A stretch of DNA of 64,000 nt from an uncultured bacterium (GTDB lineage: Bacteria > Eisenbacteria > RBG-16-71-46). How positions within the stretch are numbered: the stretch's first letter is position 1; the number at the start of each line of letters is the position of its first letter. The notes under the pieces are model-generated. The model searched no databases. It saw only the letters and a list, made by a program, of their open reading frames with translations, and was not told the origin of the DNA. A program made the translations under genes and the position numbers. The stretch spans positions 11,938 to 75,937 of the forward strand of contig CAYQNV010000079.1 in assembly GCA_964418975.1 (NCBI GenBank). Reading direction: 5' to 3'. This document shows, piece by piece, positions 46,959 through 55,400 of this stretch.

Positions 46959-47486
46959 TCACGAGGCGTTCACCTCCGCGCGTAGGACAAGCGGCTGCAC
47001 ACGATCGATTCGGCAACTGAAGCAACCCGGCCGCGCGTTGTGGACGTGCACGTAGGCCACGTCCGCTTCCGCGAACATCGCGGCCACGACGGCCTCGAGT
47101 TTGCGGCCTTCGCATACTTCGGCCACGCGCAGCATGCCCCCGGCGTCGTAGGCGCGCAGCGAGAGCAGCCGCGTTCGTACCTGCTGCGGCACCTCGCCCG
47201 GCGCGGGCGTGGCCGTCACAGCGCCCGTGCGAACGTAGATCGGGCCCGACGCGCGATACGGCGTGTGCACGTCGTGATGCAGGTGGTGGAGCAGCAGGAG
47301 CGTCTCGCCCGGTTCGGCGTCCACGAGGCTCACGCGGCACGGGAAGCCCGGGTGCGCGTCGGCCACCACTCGACGGATGTCACGCGCCGCGAGTTCCGAG
47401 TCGGACAGCGCGAACAGGTGTTCGAACTGCGCCGCGGGCAGCGCCGAGATGCGGAACGTGGTGTTCACGGCAGTGGCAGCGCTCAT
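46959..47486 (-). CDS. Hypothetical protein translationally coupled to ogt
   Basis: The internal ATG at 47484..47486 overlaps the ogt stop (ATGA). 175 aa with His-rich LLLLHHLHHDVH. Confidence 0.45.
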   Translation of the reverse strand: MSAATAVNTTFRISALPAAQFEHLFALSDSELAARDIRRVVADAHPGFPCRVSLVDAEPGETLLLLHHLHHDVHTPYRASGPIYVRTGAVTATPAPGEVPQQVRTRLLSLRAYDAGGMLRVAEVCEGRKLEAVVAAMFAEADVAYVHVHNARPGCFSCRIDRVQPLVLRAEVNAS

Positions 47487-48025
47487 AGCGGCAACGCCTC
47501 CTGCCGTGCGAGCGGCCGGAACGTGGCCCGCTCGTGCGTGAGCAGCCACTGCTTCATGGGCAGCCCGCCGCCGTAGCCCCACAACGTGCCATCCGCGGCG
47601 AGCACCCGGTGGCAGGGCACGAACAGCGCGACCGGGTTCGCGCCGTTCGCTGCGGCCACTGCACGCACGGCCTGCGGCCGGCCGATCACGCCGGCGACCG
47701 AGCCGTAGGAGCGTGTCGTGCCCGCTTTGATGTCGCGCAGTGTCGACCACACCGCGAACTGGAACGGCGTCCCGAGCAGCCGCACGGGTTGCTCGTCGAG
47801 AGCGCTCATCTCGCCGTCGAAGTAACGAGCAAGGCGCGCTGCGGCGCCGGCCGTGTCCGGCACGCGGCGCGTGATGACCGGACCCAGGTGGCGCGCGACG
47901 TGGCGTTCGACCGGGTGCGCCGGGCCGTGATCGCCGTCGAGCGTAACGCCCACCAACTCATCGTCCAGCCCGTAGAGCGCCATGGGTCCCAACGGCGTGT
48001 TCGTGATTGCGAGTTCGAGTGTCAT
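47483..48025 (-). CDS. ogt: Methylated-DNA-protein-cysteine methyltransferase
   Basis: Active-site PCHRV motif. HTH region GSVAGVIGRPQAVRAVAAANGANP. 180 aa. Confidence 0.85.
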   Translation of the reverse strand: MTLELAITNTPLGPMALYGLDDELVGVTLDGDHGPAHPVERHVARHLGPVITRRVPDTAGAAARLARYFDGEMSALDEQPVRLLGTPFQFAVWSTLRDIKAGTTRSYGSVAGVIGRPQAVRAVAAANGANPVALFVPCHRVLAADGTLWGYGGGLPMKQWLLTHERATFRPLARQEALPL

Positions 48026-49502
48026 CGCCTGCCCTTTCGTGAAGAAGTGGAGCGGGATCGCTTCGGCGCCGGTCCGCGCGGCTCGGTCCACAGCGCGAGT
48101 ACCGCATACGAGCGCCACGGTCGCCAACGCTCGGCGCGGGCGCGCACCTCGCGCTCGCTCGGCAGTCGCCCCGCGCGCGCGAGCGCCTGGCGCACGCCCA
48201 GGTCCCCGGCCGGAAACGCGTCGGGTTCACCGAGCGCGCGCATCGCAGGTACTGCGCGGTCCAATCACCGATGCCGGGTCGTGCCGTGAGCCGTGCCACC
48301 GCGTCGTCGAGCCCGCGGAACGCGCCCAGGTCCAGTTCACCGCTCGCCACCGCGCTCGCGAAACCACGCAACGCGGCGGCCCGTGCGCGCGTGAGCCCCA
48401 GCCGCTCGAGCGAAGCGGCCGCGACGGCGGCGGGCGTGGGGAACACGTGCGTGATCGAGCCGTCCGGCGCCGCGAGCGGCGCGCCCGCCGCGGCCGCGAG
48501 GCGCCCCGCCAGCGTGCGCGCCGCGGCCACGCTGACCTGTTGCCCTAGCAACGCGCGCACGCCGGCCTCGAATGCGTCGAACGCTCCGGGCACGCGCACG
48601 ACGCGCCCGCGCAACGCCCGGGCGAGCCGGGGGTCGCGCGCAAGCCACGCCGCGATCGTGTCCACGTCGGCGTCCAGGTCGAACATGCGAGATACGCGCG
48701 CGGACACGCGCGGCAGCGCTGCGGCTGCGCGCGGCGGCAGGCGCAAGCGCACCGCGTCAGCGGACGCACGCACTTCGAGCGTGGCGGGCTCGCCCTCGAG
48801 CGCGAACGATCTCCGGTAGACGCCGTCGCGCACCTCCTCCACGCCGGGGATCGCGCGCGCGGCGAAGAACGTGAGCAACGGCACGGCGCCGAACGGCGGG
48901 CGCGCGGCCAATCGCAGTTCCAGCGCGCCATCGCTTCCGGCTGCCGGTCGGCGGCGTAACGCGGCGGGCGCGCGCTCGAATGTCTGTTGCATCGCCGCGC
49001 GCAGCCGGCGCGCGCTGCCGTAGCCCGACGCGGCTGCGACGTCCTCCATGGGCAGCGCCGTCTCCTCGAGCAGCTTGCGCGCGAGATGCGCCCGGCGCGT
49101 GCGCGCCACGTCGAGCGGCGCGGCGCCGACGTGGCGCTCGAACAACTCGCGCAGCCAGCGTGACGTCACGCCGAGCCGCGCGGCGAGCGTCTCGAGCGAA
49201 CCGTCCGCCAATGCGCCCTCGTCGATCAGCCGCAGCGCGCGCGCAACGGTCGTGGCGGTGCCGGCCGCCGCCGGTGCGCCGGGCGCGCGGTCGGGCCGGC
49301 AGCGCAGGCACGCGCGGAAGCCGGCGGACTCGGCAGCCGCGGGCGTGGCGTAGAACCGCACGTTCCGGCGAGCCGGCAGTCGTGCCGGGCAGCCGGGTCG
49401 GCAATAGACGCGCGTCGAGGTCACGCCCATCACGAAACGGCCGACGAAGCGCACATCTCGCGCGGTCCAGGCGCGCCAGCAGATCTCGGGATCGAGCGTC
49501 AT
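48022..49502 (-). pseudogene. ada-alkA fusion (Ada N-terminal Zn methylphosphotriester domain + AraC HTH + AlkA 3-methyladenine glycosylase) with a -1 frameshift near 48255
   Basis: N-terminus YCRPGCPARLPARRNVRFYATPAAAESAGFRACLRCRP matches the Ada Cys4 Zn domain. The AlkA domain reads up to GIGDWTAQYL. The conserved continuation MRALGEPDAFPAGDLGVRQALA...ERWRPWRSYAVLALW then lies in another frame (ORF 48022..48264) that ends 3 nt before the ogt start. Confidence 0.7.
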
Positions 49503-49556
49503 GCCCCTATGGATAGCACGACAGCTCCCCCGGGTGCGGACGAATTCGGAACTGTG

Positions 49557-51332
49557 TCAGGGGCGCGGCCGGAACCGCGCCAACACCAGCACGGGTGAGC
49601 TCGCCAGCACCTCGGGCGGCTCGCCAAGCGCGGCGACACTCGCGAGCGCGACGCGTTCGCGGGCCGGACGCCACGCCGCGTAGACGTAGCCGTCGCGCGC
49701 GACCGCAATCGCGGCGCCCGGGCCCACCTGCGAAGGCGCGAGGAAGTTGCGCTGCAACGCCTGCCGTAGCGACGGTGGCGGCGGATCCCATAACACGAGC
49801 GGCGCCTGCGGCGGCGACACGCGCATGAGCGTCTCCGCCACGCCGCGCGCGTTCAACCACGGCTCGAGCGCCGGCAGGACACGCGTATGCAACACCGGTG
49901 CGCCGAGCGCGGCCGGCAACGCGAAGCACGCCACCGCGAGCCGCCGCGCGCCCCGCAAGTCGGCCAGTAGCGGCGCCCATGTCGCGAGGAACACGACCGC
50001 GGCGAACAGGCGCAGGCTCGCCGAAACTTCCGGCAGGCGCAACGACAGCGCGGCGCCCGCGAGCGCGAACGCTGTGCCGATCGCGGCGAGTAGCCGCGTC
50101 GCCTGCGTGAGCGCACGCGCGTCGCCACCGCCGGCCAACACGCGGTCCGCGAAGCGTCCCACGAGCAGTGCCACCGCCGGCAGCACGGGCAGCGCCGCCG
50201 TGAGCGGCGGCCCCGGGTACAGCGCCATCGGCCACGCGGCCGCGAGCGCGAGCGCCAACAGCAAGTGCTCGACGTGTTCGGGATCGAGCGGCAGTGGTGC
50301 CACCGCGCGCGCCGCGCCGCGCCGCAAGCGCAACGCCGCGTCCGCGAGCGCGGCGGCGAACAGCGGTGTCCACGGAAAGCTCGTCACTACTGCGAACGAC
50401 AACGCCAATGGCGCGCCCGTGAACCACGAGCCACGCGTGCCCGACGCGTACGGGAACCACGGCACGTGCGGCAGGAACGACGACCCGTGGATCGCGAGCA
50501 TGAGGCCGTACCACGGCAGGCTCACGCCGACCAGGATCAGCACACCGGCGACCGGGTCCAATACTTTCCAGCCCGCGTGATGCCGTGCGAGCGCGAAGTA
50601 CAGCGCGAGGCCGGCGAGCGGCCACATCGCCGGCAGCGGGCCGCCCGTGACGAGCGCGCCTCCGAGTGCCAGCCAGCCGAGCGCCACCGACAAGCCCGGG
50701 TGGCGCGCCCGGCCCGCCAGCACCGCGAGCCACGCGCCGAGGCCGAGCCATGTAAGCAAGGTGGCGAACACCTGCACGCCGTCGGCGCGCGCCGCAAGCG
50801 GAAGCCCCAACATGCTCGCGAGCGCGCAACCGGCGAGCCAGCCGCTGCGCGCGCCGAACACGGACCCGCCCGCCGCGGCCACTACGAATGCGAGCGCCGC
50901 GGCGAGTAGCGCGCGTACTGCGCGCGAGATGGCCACGTCGCCGGGCGCGTATTCGTCCCGCGACCCGATGCGGCGCAGCACGCGGTTTGCGAGCACCTCG
51001 GGGGCGTAGCCCGGCAGCGGTTTCTCGAAGAACGGCTCGCGCGCCAGAATCGGCGACAGCCACTCGCGCTCGAGAGTGGACTCGTGCGCCGCGAGGAGAT
51101 CACGCGCCTCGCGCTCGTCCAGCGCGTCCACGGCAGCAAGCCCTGGCACGAGCGCGAGCACGAGCAGCGCCAGCATCGCGAGCGGGAGGTAGCGCCGCAG
51201 CGGAGACGGTGCGGCGTCCGGCCGGCCTGGAGATCGGCCGTTCACGGCAGCGGAGTGGGTTGGGGTCGGGCGTGGAGTCGAGGGAGGTCCATCTTCGCGG
51301 CGTAGGATAGTGGAGCGTCGCCGACTCGGCAC
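49557..51332 (-). CDS. GT-C fold glycosyltransferase (ArnT/PMT-like, GT39/GT83-type)
   Basis: Polytopic membrane protein (at least 10 TM). A DE-containing first loop (VDALDEREARDL) follows TM1 and there is a C-terminal periplasmic domain. Start uncertain (51332, or later at MLALLVL). Confidence 0.5.
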   Translation of the reverse strand: MPSRRRSTILRREDGPPSTPRPTPTHSAAVNGRSPGRPDAAPSPLRRYLPLAMLALLVLALVPGLAAVDALDEREARDLLAAHESTLEREWLSPILAREPFFEKPLPGYAPEVLANRVLRRIGSRDEYAPGDVAISRAVRALLAAALAFVVAAAGGSVFGARSGWLAGCALASMLGLPLAARADGVQVFATLLTWLGLGAWLAVLAGRARHPGLSVALGWLALGGALVTGGPLPAMWPLAGLALYFALARHHAGWKVLDPVAGVLILVGVSLPWYGLMLAIHGSSFLPHVPWFPYASGTRGSWFTGAPLALSFAVVTSFPWTPLFAAALADAALRLRRGAARAVAPLPLDPEHVEHLLLALALAAAWPMALYPGPPLTAALPVLPAVALLVGRFADRVLAGGGDARALTQATRLLAAIGTAFALAGAALSLRLPEVSASLRLFAAVVFLATWAPLLADLRGARRLAVACFALPAALGAPVLHTRVLPALEPWLNARGVAETLMRVSPPQAPLVLWDPPPPSLRQALQRNFLAPSQVGPGAAIAVARDGYVYAAWRPARERVALASVAALGEPPEVLASSPVLVLARFRPRP

Positions 51333-51422
51333 GCGGATCGCGTCACGGACATGGTTGACGAGCAGAACCCGGCGACGTCACGCTCGCCGGTCACGATCGG
51401 CAAGGGAGGGAGCGGCGTGCGG

Positions 51423-52415
51423 ATGAACCGAGAGACACCGAGGACGATGGCGCGCGGCGCGCTGGCGATACTGCTCGCGACACTCGCGGGCGCCGGCTGT
51501 GCGCCCGAGCCCACGCCCGTGAAGCCCGCGCCCGCGCCGGGCCCCGTGTTCGGCGACGTGTTCTGGAGCGAGTGGGGCGACGGGCGTGGGGAGCTCGCGG
51601 CCTACGACCTGGAGACTCCGCGCTACGGCGCGCTCCGACGCGGCACGGCGGTGGCGATCTTCGTCACGGAGACGTTCTCGAACACCGACCGCGTGAAGGC
51701 CGATCCCGGCCGGCATCCGAAACGCGACGAGTTCCCGGTATTGAAGCTCAACCTGGTGCAGGATTTCGCGACCGGTCTCTACGACTACAACCTCATGACC
51801 AGCGCGTTCGTCGCGCTCACCCCGGTGAACGGCCGCGCGAGCGGCGCACCCACGAAGCTGTCGTTCAGCACACAGGAGTGGTGCGGACACGTCTGGGCGC
51901 AACTCCTGTTCGATGCCCGCTATGCGCGCTTCACGGCGCACAGCTACTTCGACGGCGAGGCCGACAGTGCCGCGTCGCTCAGCATGCCCGCCGACGCCCA
52001 GTCCGAGGACGCGCTGCTGGCCTGGGCGCGCGGGTTCGCGACGCCGCTCGTGGCGCCGGGCGATTCCGCCACCCGAATGCTCGTGGGCTCGCTGCGCGTG
52101 GCGCGACTCACGCACGCGCCACTATCGGTGGCGCGGGCGCGGTTCGTGCGCGCCGCCACGCCGGACCGAGTCACGGTGCCGGCTGGCACGTTCGACGCCG
52201 ACGTGGCCCGCGTGCAACTCGACAGCGGGCGCACGTGGACGTTCTGGGTGGAACGCGAATCCCCGCGCCGCGTGCTGCGTTGGACGTGCAGCGACGGCGA
52301 GCACGCGGAGCTGCTCGGAAGCGATCGATTGGAGTACTGGAAGCTCACCGCGCCCGGGGACGAGTCGGCACTCGCGCGGCTGGGACTCCGGCCACGCGAG
52401 CGCCGCACGCCGTGA
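51423..52415 (+). CDS. Lipoprotein, hypothetical
   Basis: GGGAGGGA RBS. Signal plus lipobox LAGAGCAP. Confidence 0.5.
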   Translation: MNRETPRTMARGALAILLATLAGAGCAPEPTPVKPAPAPGPVFGDVFWSEWGDGRGELAAYDLETPRYGALRRGTAVAIFVTETFSNTDRVKADPGRHPKRDEFPVLKLNLVQDFATGLYDYNLMTSAFVALTPVNGRASGAPTKLSFSTQEWCGHVWAQLLFDARYARFTAHSYFDGEADSAASLSMPADAQSEDALLAWARGFATPLVAPGDSATRMLVGSLRVARLTHAPLSVARARFVRAATPDRVTVPAGTFDADVARVQLDSGRTWTFWVERESPRRVLRWTCSDGEHAELLGSDRLEYWKLTAPGDESALARLGLRPRERRTP

Positions 52416-52422
52416 GCACGCG

Positions 52423-55400
52423 CTACTTCATGAACACAAACCGTCGCACGATCGTGCGACCCGGCACCACGAGCCTCACGAAGTAGAGCCCTGGGTCCAG
52501 GTGGGTGCGCGCGAGGCTCGACCCGTCCACCGAGTGCCGGCCCGCGGGGAACGTGCCATCCGCCAGCACGAGCAGTTCGCGGCCCTGCACGTCGTGCACG
52601 CCGAGGTGCACGTTCGCGTCACGCGGCAGCGCGAACAGGAAGCGCATCGCGGCGCGCACGGGATTTGGCCACACCGGCGCCAACGCGAACTCGGTCACCG
52701 GGCCGTCCAGCACGCCGGTCGAGTTCGCGATCGAGAACACCGCGTCGGACACGTCCTGGCTTGCGTTCGAGGCGGCGTCACGCGCGGTCACGCGCAGCAG
52801 CGCGTCCGTGGTGAGCGCGCCGGACACGGCCCAATCGAACGAGCCCGTGTTCGCGAGGCTGGTGGCGACGGACTCGAACGGGCCGCCGACCCCGGCGCGC
52901 GACAGCTCCAGATCCACCGACGTCACGGCAGCGTTATCCGACGCAGTCCAGGTGAGCGACGTGTTCGTGCCCAGCGTGATCACCTCGCCGCCGTTCGGCG
53001 CGGTCACGGCCACCGTGGGGGGTGCGATGTCGAGGAACGTGGAGGTGACGGTTTTCGCATCGTCCATGAGCAGGTTCTCGGGATCGTTCGTGCTCACGAG
53101 ATCGCCGCTCCACGCCGAGAACGCCCAACCCGTGCCCGGGATGGCGTCCAACTGGACCGACGAGCCGTGAGGATAGCTCGGCTGGTCCGGTGTCTTCGTG
53201 ACCGCGCCACCGCCCACCACATTCACCGTGAGCGAGCGTGCGTCACCCGCGAAGCTCGCGGCGATGGTGTGGTTCGCGGTCACGTTCGTGAACGAATAGC
53301 CGGTCACCGCGCCCACGCTCACGCCGTCCACGAGCACGTCCGCCACGTGGTAGCCGGGGTCGGGCAGCATCGCGAACGACTGATCGCCGTTCACGGCGAC
53401 CGCGACCGCTCCGCTCGGATCGATCGCGCCACCCGCACCGGCGCTCGCGCTGATCGTGAGCGACTGGAGATTCGCCACCGCGAACTGCGTGCCCGGTGTG
53501 GCCGACGTGAGGCCCGACGCCTCGGTGCTGTTCGACGTACGTGCGTTGATCGCGAGCGGCGACCACGCCGAACCATCGTGGACCTGCGCTCCGAACGTGT
53601 TCGGATCGGCGCCCAGATCCACGTCGGCGGTCGGAAAGTTGAACCTGGCGCTCCACGTGGCGCCGGCCGCGCTGGCGGGTGCGAGCGACCAGCGGCGGTT
53701 CACCGAGCGCGCCGGGTCGAGCGTCGAGCCGGCGAGCAGCGGGTGGTCGCCGGCGGTCGTGCTGGCGGTGAGGTTGAAGCCGGCGCCGGCGCCCGACCCG
53801 CTCACGACGATCGGCGCGTGGGTGACCGCGTCGCCCACGTCGAGCGAGCCGGAGAACACCCCGGAGGCGTACGTCTTCCGCAGCGTGCCGTTCACCCAGC
53901 CCGTGCCCTGCGAGGCGCCGGTCGTGCTCGACGTGCTCGACTGGTGCAGCGTGCGCGCCCCGGTGCTCAGGTTGCCGATGGTGAACGACAGCGCTCCATT
54001 CAGTGATAGGTCGGTGACCAGCGACAGGCCGGCCGCGTTGTTCAGGTTGATGCCGGCGTTCGCCGTGCTGTTGAACGTCCCTTGCACGTCCACCGACTGC
54101 GGGGACGGGCCGTCGAACGAGAACACCGGCGATCCCGATGCGGGGTTGAACCCCAACGTCGCGCCCGGCTTCACGTGCATGTCACCGCGGATGAAGGCGC
54201 CGCCTGTGAGGTTCAGGCTGAACGAACCCTGTGAGACGATGAGGCTGTCGAGCGTCATGGGTGTGCCGCCCGAGGCCGATATCGTGCCGCCGTTGTTGAA
54301 CTCGAAGTCGGCGTAGGCGCGGCCCGACGCGGACGGTGTGATGGCTCCGTCCACACGGTATCGGCTGCCGGCGAGGAACGTTACCACCGAGCTGGGCGCC
54401 GAGGCGCCGAATGGGTTGGCACCCGCGGTGTGCTGGTAGAGCGAGCCAGCCCGAAACTCGACCGAGTTGAGCGACGTGGCGCCGAAAGGATTGCCCACAA
54501 AGCCCACGCCGGTCACGCACGTGGCGCCGCCCTGGTAGATGAGCGAGCCCGGGTCGGCCGCGGTGATGCGATGCGCCGCGCCCGCGAGTGTGGTGGTGCC
54601 GGTGATGGCGCCGGTCGCGCCCGAGGTGATCGCCAGCATGATCGCGGGCGAGCCGGTGAGTTGCAGCGTCGAACCCGTCGCCACGCTCAGGTCGATGCCG
54701 GCGCCGCCGGAGATCGTCACTGTGGCCACGCCCGAGGTCTGAAGTGTGATGTTCGTAAGGCCGCTCACCAGGATCTGGCCCACCGTCTGGGTGGGCACGC
54801 TCGACGCGATCGCGGCGGCCGCACCGTTGTTGAAGATGAGCACGTCGTTCGTCGCCGGCACCGTGCGGGCGGGGGTCCAGTTCGTGGCCGTCGTCCAAGC
54901 GGCCGTGCCGGTCTGGTTCCAGGTGTAGGTGCGCTCGCCGAAGTTCGCGGTGATGCTCTTGTTGCCGTCCATCACCAGGTTCAACGGGTTCACGCTGCCG
55001 GACGCGTCGCCGGTCCAGAAGTCGAAGTTCCAGCCCGCCGACGGCGTGGCCGTGAGCTGCACCGCCGTGCCGTGGTCGTAGGTGGCCTGATTCGGCACCG
55101 CCGCCACGCCACCATTGCCCAACGTGCCCAGCGTGAGCGTGTACGTGTTGATCGCGAACGTCGCAGCGATGGTCTGGTCCGCATGCACCGCCGGGAACGT
55201 GTAGAGCGTCACCGCGCCGACGGACACGTCGTTCACGAGCACGTCCTGCACGTGATAGCCGACGTTCGGCGTGATCGTGAACGCGGGCGTGGCGCCGTCC
55301 GCCACCGCCAGCGCGCCGCTCGGCGCGATCGCGCCGTTCGGGCCCGCCGACGCGCTGACCGTCCAGCCAGTGATGGCGAAGTTCGCGGCGCTCGAATCCG

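Noticed and set aside
46789-46964. Possible small gene (ending …DHIIFPLPGTHPFPLAKYALVRERLLAVSQRSIAPSAAPS) in the 166-bp gap between the YjbR-like gene and the ogt-coupled gene
   Set aside because: Only a ~57-aa open stretch without an ATG start (GTG at best). The upstream part of the ORF overlaps the neighbouring gene in another frame. Left as an unannotated gap.
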